Part shown: positions 14,466 to 29,374 of the stretch, one piece after another | Layout: each line of letters starts with the position of its first letter | Position numbering within the stretch: position 1 is the stretch's first letter | NCBI RefSeq assembly: GCF_009914755.1 | Contig: NC_060926.1 | Length of the DNA stretch: 64,000 bases | Origin: the human T2T-CHM13v2.0 reference genome, Homo sapiens | Direction: 5' to 3' (one strand) | Notes under the pieces: model-generated | The model's database searches: none | Seen by the model: the letters and a program-made list of their open reading frames with translations, nothing else | What the model was told of the DNA's origin: nothing | Position numbers and translations under genes: made by a program

Positions 14466-14696
14466 GTTTGAGACCAGCCTGGGCAATATGGTGGGACCCC
14501 ATCTTTATAAAAAAATTTAAAAAGTTAGCCAGGTATGCTGATGTGCCACTTGTAATACTAGCTACTCGGGAGGCTGAGGCAGGAGGATCACTTGAGCCTG
14601 AGAGATCAAGGCTGCTGTGAACTGGGATTTGGCACCACTGCACCCAGCCTGGGCAACAGAATACGACCCTGTCTCAAAAAAAAAAAAAAAAAAAAA
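14466..14696 (+). mobile_element. 5'-truncated Alu (AluJ-like)
   Basis: Starts at gagaccagcctgggc; right arm and A tail present. Confidence 0.9.
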
Positions 14697-15469
14697 TCGG
14701 ACCTGAAAAAGAGAAAATAAAAGCTGTTGGTTTTGAGTGCTTACTCTGCAGCAGTGCAAAGCATTGCACACCCACTCTGTTTTTAGTCCCCACAATTACC
14801 TCCAGGTTATACATGAGAAAAAAACAGGCTCCGACAAATGGGTGACTTGTCCAAGGCTACCCATCTGGTCATCGAGGAGCCACAGAGGACTCTGCAGTGC
14901 CTGCTGTTGGTCACCTTTCTGCCTCGATTGACCACCAAAATGATGAAAATAGTAATATCCCCTGCTGGTTGGCTGTGAGCATTAAATGAGCCTTGGACAA
15001 AAAGGCCCTTTGTAGAGGTTTTCATAGGAGTTATTGTTTTATTAAATGGATGATTAGGAAGTTGCTGTGTGAAGAATGTATGGACTAAGCTTTTGCAAAG
15101 GAGGGCTCAGTTTAAACTCAAGCCAGCATGCTATTGCTGAGATGTGAGAAATAGATGACAATCAGTAGCCCTTCTTAGACAAGTCAAAAGACCTCTGGAG
15201 CCTGCAAGAGCAAGCAACAGTGTGGGTTGTGGAGGCCACAGGGCTCCTACTGCTCCATGTCATGCAGGGCCTGATGGTGGACTAGGGCCATCTCTGCCTA
15301 TCCCCTGTGCACAAAGCTGAGAGCCCAAGCCCTCAAGCAGCGGTGAGGTGGAGTGCAAAGGAACCTAGGCAACCTCTCTCAATTTTTCATGCTGAGGATG
15401 GAGCACATAACTGGCCCAGAGGGATCCCAGCTGGGAGTTTTAGCAGGTGCTTTGGAACTGGCCATTCCA

Positions 15470-15760
15470 GGGTTTAAAGTCCTTATTTGTTGAGTGACCT
15501 TGAACACGTTACTTAACCTCCTTGAACTTTCATTTTCTCATCTGCAAAATGAGGATAATAATATCTATTTCATAGGGTTGTCATAAGGATTACATGAGAT
15601 AATGTGCTAAAGTCACTCAAATATAGTAAGTGCTGCAGGGTGGTTAATGCTATCATTATGTAGTCGTTGTCCTTATTATAACAAGAGGAAGGGTAAACCC
15701 AGAGAGTTGAAGCAATTTGTCCAAGGCCACACAGTAGCTAGCTGCAGGCCTGGGCTTCCT
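15470..15760. mobile_element. MIR fragments
   Basis: MIR core (gtgaccttgaacacgttacttaacctc...catctgcaaaatgagg) with an adjacent oppositely oriented piece. Confidence 0.65.
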
Positions 15761-18210
15761 CCGGGGTCACGATTTCCACCCCTTCCTAAGTCGGGGCTTT
15801 TCTGAGAATCCTTAACAGGTCAGATGAACTGATAGTCTGCACCTCACGCCCTAAGTGCTGCCTCTCTACACCTTTTGACAATGGCATTAGAACACCACAG
15901 GCTGCCACTGCTTCCAGCTCAGCCACTAATGCACCACTTGCCAGGCAAACTGTGGAGGTTTTGTTGAGCTGCTCTGCACTGATCCCCTGCCCTCTTCCTG
16001 GGAGAGGGTCCTTCCTGTGGGAGGTAGCTGTGCTCCCGAGTGGGTCAGCATACCTGTCCATCTCCATGAGCCATTGGAGGATTCTGAAGGCCCTGGCATG
16101 CTGGTCCTGCAGCCAGAATCAGTAACCAGATCCATCCCCTACAACCTGCCTCTCCAGAGTGGAACCAAACCCATCAGTATTTCTGACTTTGTGACGCCTA
16201 CTTCCACCTTCTCAGCAGGGCTTCCTGGCACACAGATGTTTTCACAATGGCCCCTGAGATAATGAAAGACACCTCGGCATTGTGACACAGAGCTAAGGAG
16301 CTCTGGCCCATATGAGGCTGTCTCTGATGCCCAACCCTGGGCATTTGGTGACCAGCAGGTGTGCTCGGCTCAGCCCTGGGAGGATCTCCCTGTTTAGTGT
16401 CTCTGCTACTCTGGAACCCCACCTCCTCCTGTCCTCTCCTCTCACACCAGGGGCCGTGCTTCTGGCATTTCAGAGCCCCCAGCCTCATAACCACCACCCC
16501 AGAGCCAGCACTCCTTTCCTCCCTGGGCAGTAGGCCACACATGGGCCCTGGGAGCAGGTGTAAGAGGGTGACTGGTTGAGAGTGGCACTGGGTAGTGTGG
16601 AAACCCTGAAGGGGCCCTTGCCTGCCAGGCGCAGCTGGGAGATCCCTGAAGGGGCCACAAGGAATTGCCACTAGCACCGAAGCAGCCTCACCATGCGCCA
16701 GCTGTTCTATGCACTTAACACACAGCAGCCTATGTAGTAGACACTATCATTACCCTCACTTTAGAGATGGGAAAATCGAGGAAGGGGCTAAATAGCTGGT
16801 CCAAGGCCACACAGCTTGAGACTGACAGAACAGAGATCTGAGCCCATCATGGGAGCCAGCATGCCATTGGCACCCTGCAGATGGTACCCCCTAATCCAAT
16901 CCCGCTCACCCCACCATCTCTCTCTGCCACAGACAGATCTGTTATATCTGCAGCTGCATCCTCAAGACATGTGCTGTCTCTCCAAGTCAGGACAAGCTCA
17001 TGAGGTGGATGGCCACTGGTTGAAGTCCCTCAGCCTGCTTTCCCCACCAGCGGGCCCAGCACCCCCACCTAACCCACGCCTGGCCCTGGCTTGGATACCA
17101 TACCCTTCAAGGATTTTATGCAGAGTACCTTGCTGCCAGGATGACCTGGGCCAGGTCTGTGGCCACTTGCCTGGGGCACCTCTTGGAGATCACTTGTCGA
17201 CCCTTAGGCACCAGGTCCAGGGTCAGGGTCCCTGGGAAGCTCCCTTGGCCCCAAGTCCTACTAGGCTGCCTAAGTCTTTTCTGGAACTTAGACCTGCCTT
17301 GGGGCAGAACTGGTGGATGGGGCCATAAGAAGCCCAGAAGTGTCTGGGGATAGCGTGGGGAGGGTGTTCCTCCAGCTCTGGCCCTACCCCTCCCAGCCTG
17401 CATCTGCTGCTCTAACGGTAGACCCTGCCCCAAGCCCCTGCCTCCTTTTCTCATGCTTCTCATCCATTCCGGACCCTCTCTCCTCCCATAAATCATACAG
17501 CCAAGGTTCATTTATACCCAGTGAGGAAATGCCTACAAAACCGCTCAGCTTGGGGCCTGGCAGCCTGCGGCTCCAGGTAGGAGCTTCCCTTCCCTTTGCC
17601 TTTATCTCTCCACGTGGCTGGCCATGGTCAAGTGGCAGATTCCTACCTCCAGCCTCTACTCCACATCACCTACACTGCCAGATAAAGGGCAGACTCCTTT
17701 TGAGCCGTGGTCATCTGCAATACTTTTCTCCCTTCCCTCTACCTGGAGAACTCCTTCTTCTCCGGAAGAACTCAGCAGAAGTGTCACTTCCTCCAAAGCC
17801 TTCCAGGGTGCCCCAGGCAGTGGGCGGCTCCTGCCCCAGTGGCCACAGTGCTCTGCCCACACTGCCTAGAATACTTACGGAGAGCTTTTGGTACTGGCGA
17901 TTTATTTGATGACTCTAGCCGGGGCCCCACAAAGATGAGTACATGTGTCTTCTTTTTTTCTTTGGATTACTTACCAAAAATTTTTAAAAATCGTAAAAAT
18001 AATTAATGAACAAGACGCATGTTATAAAAAATGTTTTTAAATGCACAGTGTGAAGCCCCAGAAAATGCCATGGTTAATAGTTTTGTCAGTTTCATTCTGT
18101 CTGTATTTATTTTCTCTGTAGAAATTTATTTGATTTTTTTTACATAAACAAGATCGATCTATATGCATTTGTCCTACAGCTTGCTCTTCTCACTTTATAA
18201 TACATTGTGT

Positions 18211-18698
18211 GTGTGACAGAGTAATGCTTCCCCAAATATGTACACATCCTAATCCCCCAAATCTTTGAATATGTTATCCTAAATGACAAAAGTACCCTCG
18301 CAGATGTCACTGAATTAAGGCTCTTAAGATGGGAAAGTTACCCTGATAATCAGGGAGGGTCTGATATAATCCTGTGGATCCTTAGAGAGGCAGGAGGGCC
18401 AGAGAAAAATTTGAAGATGCTATACTGTTGACTTTGAAGACGGAGGAAGCACCCATAAGCCAAGGAATGCAGGCAGCCTCTGGAAGCTGAAAAAGGCAAG
18501 AAATGGACTCTCCCCTGGAGCCTCCAGAAGAAATGCAGCACTGCAGATACCTTTATTTTAGCCCAAGGAGACTCTTGACTTATGTAAACAACACACATTT
18601 ATGGTTCTAGGATCTCCTAGAACCATAAGGTAATAAACTTGTGTTTAAGCTGGTACAGCTGTGGTAACTTGTTATAGCAGCAATCAGAAACTAATACA
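18211..18698 (+). mobile_element. MaLR solo LTR (MLT1D-like)
   Basis: TG...CA ends; MLT1 motifs (aagccaaggaatgcaggcagcctctggaagctg; ttgttatagcagcaatcagaaactaataca). Confidence 0.85.
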
Positions 18699-18795
18699 GT
18701 GTGAGTATACAATGGAGGGAAAGAATGTTGATGGTGGTAGTAGTTAGCATTTATTGCGTATTGTATGCCAGATACTGTTCTAGTGCTTTATGTGG

Positions 18796-19189
18796 TGTAT
18801 TAATCTACTAGGGCTGCCACAACAAAACACCATAGACCAGAGGCTTAAACAACAGAAATGTATCCGTGCAGAGTGCTGGAGGCTGGAAGTCCAAGATCAA
18901 GGTGCTGTCAGGGTTGGTTGATCCTGGGGCCCCACTCCTTGGCTTGCAGATGGCAGCTTTCTTGCTGCCTCTTCCCATAGTTGTCCCTCCGTTTGTGGGC
19001 ACCCTAATGTCTCTTCCTCTCCTTTTATAAGGACACAGTTAGGATGTATTAGGGCCCACCCTAATACAGTTTAACATATTCACCTTGCTTAGGTCCTGTC
19101 TCTAAATACTATCACATTCTGAAGTACTGGGGGTTAAGATTTCAATACATGAATTTGGAGCAGGAGCGTCCACAATTCAGCCCACAACA
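18796..19189 (-). mobile_element. MaLR solo LTR (MLT1A/B-like) inserted into a MIR
   Basis: TG...CA ends; perfect 5-bp TSD TGTGG (18791-18795 / 19190-19194); MIR sequence resumes on both sides. Confidence 0.88.
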
Positions 19190-20235
19190 TGTGGATTACA
19201 TCATTCAGTGTCCACAATAACCCACTAAAATAGAATAGATAAGAAAACTGAAGCACAGAGTGTTTGAGTTAGTTGCTGAAATTTATACAGCAAGTAAGTG
19301 GTCACGCCAAGTCTGGGAATTGCCTGTTCATATCCTTTGCCCACTTTTCTATGAGGTAGTTTTCTGTTCTTTTTGGTTTGCAGGTGCATGAGTCAGCATT
19401 TATTGAAGGAAGGAATGAGTGGGAACAGTTAGTACTAGTCCTAGAAGAACATGGGAGAGGCTGGGCCGAGGCTGGAGTTCGGTCATGCTCCCCCTGCAAC
19501 CCCGACTGGCAGTGAATGCCTCCAGAGGAAAACTGAAAACCAAGTGGGAGGTGGGGGCGTGCAGAGGGCTGGGGAAAGGGAAGGTGTCACTCTCTATTCA
19601 CCAACCGAGCACAGCCCTGGGAGGCTTTCTGGAGGTAGGGGATGTTCTGGTCCATTTTCTCACCCTCAGGAAACTGTGGCCAACTTTAGTAGCTTGGGGT
19701 GTCCAAGCCACAAAAAGCTCTCAGTTCTGAGAAGTATGCACAGAGCGCTGTTGCCACGGGGGCAGGAGCCTCACTGCCTGGGGGATCCTAGAAAGCTTGG
19801 GGTGTCCCTATTACATTGCTGGGATGCTACTATCAAATCCCTGCACCTGAAATTCCAGGTTCCAGATTCGGGTACTCAGATGTCCCAAGAGAACTCCTCC
19901 CAGCATGAAAGATCTGTCCAGTCCAGCTGCAAAGGAGAGATGGCCAGTGACCTGCCAACTGTCTCCTGGATGCAGGTGGCCGGCCAGAACACATGGCCAA
20001 GACAGGGCTTGCCTCCACCCACCTCACAACTCATTTTGTTTACTGTGATGAAGAGGACAGCTGCCGATGGGGCCCAGGCAGGTCTCTGGCTGGCCGCCCA
20101 AATCAATGGGAATGTCCAAATTGTTTTTCAGGGAGAGCAGAGAGTGAAGGCTTCAAAGCGCTCAGCCCTCAGAGTGTGGAGCTCCAGAAGTTCCTTCCTG
20201 TGTCAGCCTTTTGGCTTGCTGTGGCCCAAGGACTA

Positions 20236-20245
20236 ACACACACAT

Positions 20246-20289
<44 letters not shown>
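20236..20289. repeat. (CA)n microsatellite
   Basis: Direct reading; one interruption. Confidence 0.97.
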
Positions 20290-20292
<3 letters not shown>

Positions 20293-21039
20293 GCTTCTTG
20301 ACTCCTTCTCCCAACTCCATTCCAGTCGTTAACAGCAGAAGGTAGAGACACTCTGACAACTCCATCCTGATTAAACATGCCCCATAGAAGGGCATCAGGA
20401 GTCTGAATAGAAGCTGAAATAGTTCCTGTTTCAGATCATGGGCTCTTGGCAAATAAGTGGCACCCCTGGCATAAAGAAGTGTGAATATCTTTCACCCCAT
20501 TCTTCCCACTCAACTATCCAGTGGTTGAATTTCCTCTATAACATTCCTAGGACAGAATGGTTACCCAGGCTTTGCTTGAACTCCCCCAGTGATGGGGAGC
20601 TTACCACCTTCCAAAGTAACATCCCTGGCAATTCTTGAGGCAGGAGGGTTCGTTCTTACCCTGGTCCTTCCTTATGCCATCCCATCTGTTTCCTGCTTGG
20701 TCGCCACAGGTGACCGTATTTGAAGACAGCTAACAGCTCTGTTTCTTTATGAGGAAACAGTGCGGGGTTTAGCAGGAGGATATAAATTCAGTCATTTCAC
20801 ACTTTAGGGAAGGTTTTCCCTGAGTTTCTGACCCACTACAGAGAGGCCATCCTTCTCTGTGGGCCCACATGTGGGCCCAGGACAACAGTGGAATGGATCT
20901 CTGGGCCCTTTTGACTGTAGACCACATAGCCTCGCTAGCTGGGAGGGACTCAGCCCACTGTCTGGGTGCTGGTGGAGCTTTTCTGGGTCCCTAGGGCCTG
21001 GAGAGAGGGACTCCATGCTCTGAAGAGAATGCTGTACTT

Positions 21040-21230
21040 GGAATCTGACCTCCAGACTAGCAGGCCTGTTTCTTTCTACTTCCCAGTTGGGATCTTGTAA
21101 GCAAGCTGCTGAAACTCCCTGAGCTTTAGTTTTCTCATCTATGAAATGGAGAAATATCTATTGTCTTTTTATGAGGATCGGATGACATCACTTATGGGAA
21201 AATACCTTATAAACCAAAACACAGTCTACA
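21040..21230 (+). mobile_element. MIR fragment
   Basis: tttagttttctcatctatgaaatggag core. Confidence 0.6.
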
Positions 21231-24200
21231 AATGATTAACCAGTCTAAATGGTAAGTGAAGGAGCTTGTGGAGTTTGGAGCTTGGAATTTCTTTGTCCCA
21301 AGTCTTGCTGGTGGGTGAATGTCTGGAGCAGAGTTGGTTTTAGGAGGACTTTGGACTCTTCTTCAAGCCTTGTGGATGTTTCCTGGTACCCCGGGGTTCC
21401 CCAGTGCAGGGCTCAGACCTGTTCATCCTGCGTGACCCCTGGCCCACATAAGGCCTCTCTGTGAGGGGACTCTGGGTCCAAACCCACAAGATCAAGTTTG
21501 GGGTGGAGGTCAGGCAGGTGGAGCCAGACGGGGCCTTCTGTTCTCCTCCCCTCTCAGGTGCCCCAGGGCTGCCAGCCCAGATCTGCACCTGCACAACCTC
21601 TGTTCATTGCGGCCCGCCATCACTCCCTGCCCAGCCTTTAATTTAGACAGAGGTGAATTCTAATCCCCTAATTAGAATGGACTTTAATGAGAGGAGCAAT
21701 GGAGGGATCGGGAGTCGGGGAACCCAGACTAATGACAGTGGAGGAACTCTGAAGTGAGAGGATCTCTTTTAATCCAACCCCCTCATTGAACAGATGAGGC
21801 CCCAGGAGTGGGCAGAGGCCGGGCTAGCTGGTTCCCCTGGAGTCTCCTGTCTGAGCCAGGGCTCTCCCCTGCAGCCTGCTGCTTCTCGTGGTCTCTCTGT
21901 GCAGACTCCTAGCCTTCAAGCCTGCGGTCGTGGCTCTAGCCTGGCTCTCTGGATGGGCCGAGTCCCGTGACCGGGTGGGGATGGCCGCAGCCCTCGCCCT
22001 CCTGGAATCACAGGAGCAGGAAGGGCAGGAGCCTCCATAAATAGCAGCGTGTTGCCACCTGCCCAACCCCAATCCGGTTCATCCTGACTTAGCAGAAGCA
22101 CTCGTGAGATGTCCTCCCAGGCAGGGATGGGCCAGGCAGCCTGTGCTTCCTCATGCCACACGGTGCCCCGAGGGTGGGAGTGCTGCAAACAAAGGGCATC
22201 CTGCCAAAGGGCCTTGGAGCGGGCAGGTAGTGCGGCAGCCCCTGAGGAGGAAGGAGAGCGAGGTCTGGATTTTCTGGGGGTGGGTGGTGTGAGCTAAGGT
22301 GGGGGGCAGGCAGCTTGTTTCAGGCAGGGCACAGGCCCACCCCGAGGTGGCAGCGTGGATCCCAGGGTGGGGGTGGGGGGAGGCGGGCAGCCGCACAGGC
22401 CGGCAGGGTCCTCTGCCCAGGTGTGGGGAAGGTGCTGGGCTATGCCTGGCAGCCTCCTCTCTCTCCATCTCCAACTGCCCTGTCCTCTCTGCCTGGGCTC
22501 CCAGCTATAAAGCAGGAACAAGCCTCATCCCTTACCTGCCTGAGGGGACATTGAGCAGGAGTGAGATAATGTCTGCTGCAGCTCAGCCTTCCACTGAACG
22601 AGGCAGTCTCTAGACGGAGTCTAATTTTACTGCCTAGAGCTCAGCCAGCTCCCTCTGGGGGCCCCTTGCTGCTCCCTGGCCCCTTCTGCAGGATCCACAG
22701 GCCCAACCTTGGCTTGGCTGTGGGAGGATCCCGAGGGCCAGCGCCCAGCTCTTGGGCCCGAGGCCTGGGCCTAGATTCATTCTTTCATAGCCCATTGTTC
22801 AGGGTTCAAGGAGCCGCCCACCCACCCGCCCCTGGCATTCTGGTTAAACCAGGAGTCTGGGCGGCCAGGCGTGGCCTGGGCCTAATGAGCAGGGTGTGCC
22901 CGGAGGAGTTGTTAGGAGCAGGGCGACAGCTGTGGGCAGGTTCCTACCCACCACGTGGGCGGGTGGCTTGCACAACAGCCCCCTGCGCGTTGGCGTGCTG
23001 CACGGCATTCTTGCCATGTGTTTATTTTTTAAAAACAAATGCTCAACGTTGGTGGGAGTGGTGAAGATATTTCTAAATGTTTCAAAGACATTGTGTTAAC
23101 ATGTTTTAAACCCCGAAGTCTATTGTCTTAGGAAAGTTGGTGCAAGTCTGTAGGATTTCCACCAGTCACAAAGAAGGCAGAATGCCAAAATCATAACAGG
23201 TAACCCCTTCCCCATGATTTTCAAAAGGAGGAATCTTCCAGAGTCACTTGGGGATTATGGGCAGGTGGCCCCACCAGGGCTGTCCTCCATGCCTGGTCTG
23301 TGGAGGAGGAGCTCCCTGCTCTCAGGGCAAACACAAGTGCATCCCAGCCGCTGGTTTCCTCTCCTGGGCTTGTTGACAGGAGGGTGGAATTCCAGGCCTG
23401 CTTGGTTTTCATGCATGGGGCTGTTAACTAGGATCCCTGGCAGCTCGAGGAGTTTTGGACCAAATCAATCCTCCAAGTAATGACCAGGCGAACTCAAGGC
23501 ACTGTCTGTGTGTCACTGTGTATCTGGGACAGCCTTTGCTGTATTTGAGAGAAGCCGGTCTCCTGCCTTGCAGCAGAGCGTAGTTTGGTTGGTAGTTGGG
23601 GGTGGGTCATCCTGTTGTTGAAGTACCTCTTTGTGCCCCTGGAGACTTGCATTCTGGGTCCTGCTGTTAGTTGGGAGGTTTCCAGCTTAGAAACATTGTG
23701 GTCATCAGACGCCTTAATGGGAAAGCTGTAGAGAGGACAAGGGCAGGTGGGCCTAAGAAGAAGAGAGGTTGGAAGGATGTATCCTCGCATTCCAGATGGA
23801 TGCCGCACAGGTCTAACAGCACAGAGGGAGAATCTGGAAACACCAGACTGCAGAGGTGGGTGGGACCCAGCATGGAGGGTGTTCCTCTAGTATCTCTGTC
23901 CAATATCATAATCGCCCAGGCCGCAGTGAGAGCATGGGCTAAAATTCACGCAGTCATTTCCTTCATGAGATAGCTTTGCAGATCACTGTGGTTGACTCGT
24001 GGGATACAGAAAGGTCAAGCCATTCTTGAAAGATCTCTTGTCAACACAACATCCCATCTAGCTCGAGTTCAGATCTCTTATGTGAGCCCCTGACGCTGCG
24101 GACCTGCCCCCCCGGCCATCACTCATCCAGCCTTCACAGGGCAGCAGGTGGCCACCATCTCCTCGGCTGAAAATGCCCTTGGAATGAAATGTACACCTCT

Positions 24201-24578
24201 TCAGTGCCCCCAACCCCTCCCTCCCTCACCGCTCCCATCTAAGCCACTCACTGTGCTCCGGACAAAATGGCCTCCTGCAGGCTGTTGCACATGATATGCT
24301 AAGCCTTCCCTTCCGTCTGCCTCTGCAATACACTGTCATTGCTATTCTTATCCCTATTTTTCCTATTTATTTCAGAAAAATTAAAATCCTACCTTCCCTG
24401 TTCTGGAAAGCATTCTTGCACCATGCCCTTCAAGACTGACTCAGTGGAGGGGGCTGCTGGAAGGAGCTGGAAGTTATATTGTTAGGGAGGGGACAGCCAT
24501 GAGTTGGGAGGTCAGAATAGAAAATCTAAAAGTATTTTCAGTCTTGCAAGTAAGACAACTATCTATTGTGACGAAAAG

Positions 24579-24590
24579 AGTGACGTCACT
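24579..24590. promoter_or_regulatory. Palindromic CRE/ATF site AGTGACGTCACT
   Basis: Perfect 12-bp palindrome containing TGACGTCA; function not shown. Confidence 0.5.
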
Positions 24591-26480
24591 TAGTGTGAGA
24601 CCTTGGGCAAGTTCACCCCGCTTTCTGAGCCTCAAATTCCCCATCTCCAAATTGGAAACCATGAATCCCACCTCTCAGGGGCTTGTGAGGACCCACGGAT
24701 GTGACCCTCATGAAAGTCTGGACCTGACACGAGGGAGATACATCATGAGCATCAGCCCTCCTTCCCCATCCCACAGGCCAGGAGCATCTGTCAGTGCCCC
24801 AGTGCTGACTCTCCAGGGCACTCTTCGGACTGAGGAGGAGGCAGAGGGCCTCATCAGCGGGGGCAGGGGGACCAGGAGGACTGGGTGTTAACAAATTGCC
24901 CAGCACCAGTGGCCGTCATGTTTGTTTCTTAATTAGGCCGAGTTAATGAATGTCGTGGCTCGTGATTCACTGCTTTGGAGGATATATCCCTTTCTGTTTG
25001 CCTTCCTCTCACCTGGGCCTGACAGCTGCCACCCCCACGCCACCACCCTCCACACTCCTCTGCCACACAGCAGGCCTTGGAGTCAGCCCACCTGCCGGAG
25101 GGGGTGGCCATACTCAGTCTTGGGCCCCCAGCCCTGCTCCATCGGGGTTCCTGGACTGGCAGAGCCAGAGGGGACAATGGAGAGCCCCCATCAGTGCTGA
25201 GGAACTCAGCGTAGAACGCCCTGAGCTAGGCCCTCCCCTGAGCCCCGCTTTACTTTCACAGGTGGCAGGGCGGGCAACGGCCGCACGGGTGTTAGCAACA
25301 GAGTCCAGGCCAGCGGGCTGAGGCCCTGGACAGGTGTCGGGAGCCAGACTCATGACGCTTCCCCCACCTGCCCCCTTCCCTCTGCCCGCTACAGACAACA
25401 CACGCCTGAAGCAGGACTGAGCCCTGGGCGCAGTGGATAAGGCCTCTCCTTTTCGTCCATACAAACCTCTAGGGGACTTGCCATGCTTGTGGGGAGCCAG
25501 GTTGTCAGAAAATGGGCTCATGGGTGAGGTCTCCTGAAACTTCTAGCTTCTCCTGGGAGACCAGGGAGGGCAGAGATTTTAAAGTTTAAAAGGGTCCACA
25601 TGTTCCTCAGTCTGAGAACCAGGCAGTCCTACGGAGAGGCCAGGGCTCAGCACTCACTCACTTCTTCAATGCCACCTTCCATACCCACTGTTTAAGAAGT
25701 CACCACCTTGGGCCTGAGCTGGGGGTGCTGTAGAGTGGAGCAGGGGCAAGCTGAGGGGGACAGAGGTCTAGCGGCAATTCTGGTGGAGAGTAAGCTCAAC
25801 CTCTGGACAACCCAAAGACATTTCCTCCATGTGCCTTCCTCCAATGCCACTTTTTATTTTCTGAATTGTCTGCAAGGAGAGTGAGATGTTGGGCACTGCA
25901 GCCAGAAAGACCTTGTCCTCTGCCTGGGACAGAGGGAAGGACGGGCCAGAACCAACATCCTTGTCAGGGAGACTCAGGGCAACTGGGACCGAAGAGCTTC
26001 AGGGTTCAGCGTCCCCACCGGCTGGCCCCTCCACCAAGCAGGTTTGCAGGAAGACAGCATGACGCAGGAGGAACACAGTCACCTTAAAAGGCACCTGTTG
26101 ACTCCCTAAGGTGCCTGGGCTCAGGGTGTGGGGTGGGGATGGGGGAGGGAAAAAGTGAAAAAGATCCAATATGGAGACACAAGAAACCAGGCTCTTTGGG
26201 AAGAAATTCATCAGGAAGTAGTTCTGGAACGTCTTTCTCCCAGTAAGCAGCACAAGCCATGCAGGCATTTGGAGGGGAGAACTTCTGCCCTCCAAACCCA
26301 TGATGGTGCCATATGGAAAGTGATGATGCCACTGGAAGGCACCAATTGCCACTGGACAGGACACTGTGGTGTCTTGAGAGCAAGAGCACCAGCCTGTTTT
26401 TTATTTTATTTTATTTATTTTATTTTATTCTGGTTAACTATATAAAAGATTTATCTTGCCTCTTTTATTTTAATACACTA

Positions 26481-26867
<387 letters not shown>

Positions 26868-28097
26868 TTATGTGCTAGCATTTTTTAAAATTTTTTATTT
26901 TTAAAATGTAATAAAATACACATAACATAAAATGTACCATCTCTTCCATCTTAAGAGTACAGTTCAGTCACATTAAGTATATTCACATTGTATGCAACCA
27001 ATCGCTTTTTCATCTTAGGAAACTGAAACTCTGTACCCATTAAACAAAAACTCCCCATTTTCCCCTCTCTTCTGCCCCTGGCAACTGTTTTTGTGTGTGT
27101 GTGTTTTATTTGTTTTTTTGTTTGTTTGTTTGTTTTTGAGGTGTACTCTAGAGACACTGAGATGCGTCGATCTTAAGTGTAAAACTCACTGAGTTTTGAC
27201 AGACGTGTACACCCATGCAACCACAATTCCAATCAAGATATAGCATATTTGCTTCACTCCACTAGGTTGCCTTTTTACCTTCTTCATCAATCTCCAACCC
27301 CACCCTGAGGCAACCAACGTTCTGATTTCTATCATCACAGATCCTTTTTGGAATCATCTCATATGCACTCTTTTGTGTTGGCTTCTTTCTTCCACACAGT
27401 GTTGACATTTGTCCATGTTGCATTGTTTGTTCATTTTTATTGTTCAGTAGTGTTCCATTGTATGAAGAAACCACAATGTATTTATCTACTTATCTACCTG
27501 TTCATGGTCATGTGGGTAATTTCCAATTTTTGCTAATAAAGGAATAAAACTGCTATGGATATTTTTGGACAAGTTGTTTTTTGGGTGAAAATCTGTTTTT
27601 ATTTCTCTTGGGGCAATACTTGGTTGTGGAATTGGTGAATCATAGGGTTGGTGTATGTTTAACTTTCTAAGAATCTGCCAAACTGTTTTCCAAAATGGTT
27701 GTACCATTTTGTGCCCTCACCAGTGTGTGTTACAGTTGCTTCACGTCCTCACCAGCATTTGCTATTGTTGGTCATTTTCAGCTTAGCCATTCGAGTGGGT
27801 GTGAAATGTTACTGCTGTGGTTTTAATTTGCATCTCCTGATTAAGCACAATGAGGCTGAGCAATTTTCATTTGTTTACTGGCCCTTTGTAATGTTCTTTT
27901 GTGACGTGTCTGTTCATGTCCTTTGCTCCCTTTTATTTATTAGGCTTTAAAAAATCATTTTATTCTTGATTTGTGAGTATTTATATATTCTAGATACCAG
28001 AACTTTGTCAGATATATGTTTTGTGTGAATATTTTTTTCACAGACTGACTTGCCTATTTTCTTAAAAACGTCTTTCCAAGAAAAAGAAAACAAAAAT

Positions 28098-28240
28098 GGC
28101 CAGGTGTGGTGGCTCACACCTGTAATCCCAATACTTTGGGAGGCTGAGGTGGGAAGATGGCTTGAGGCCAGGAGTTAGTTCCAGGCCAGCATGAGAAACA
28201 CAGGGAGACCCTATCTCTACAAAAAAAAAAAAAAAAAAAA
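28098..28240 (+). mobile_element. Alu monomer (FLAM)
   Basis: Left-arm-only Alu with an A tail. Confidence 0.88.
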
Positions 28241-28385
28241 TCAAATAAAAACCAACAAAAGAGTTTAAAACAACAAAAAATTGATAATGTCCAATCTACA
28301 AATTATTTCATTTTTTAATAGTTTGTGATTGTTTTTCTTTGTGTGTGATCTGTTTAAGAAAACTTTGCCTACCCAAAAGTCATGA

Positions 28386-28794
<409 letters not shown>

Positions 28795-28933
28795 TAAGGG
28801 TCAATGCTCATTTTTTAATATCCAGATGTTCTAGCATCATTTAAAATTAAAAAGACTTTCCTTTCCCCCATTGAATCACATTGGTGCCTTTGTTGGGAGT
28901 CAGTTGAGCACATACACATGGTCTCACTCCTAG

Positions 28934-29374
<441 letters not shown>

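Noticed and set aside
19451-20236. 261-aa ATG-initiated ORF
   Set aside because: No recognisable homology, promoter or exon structure; cannot be supported without Ribo-seq or PhyloCSF.
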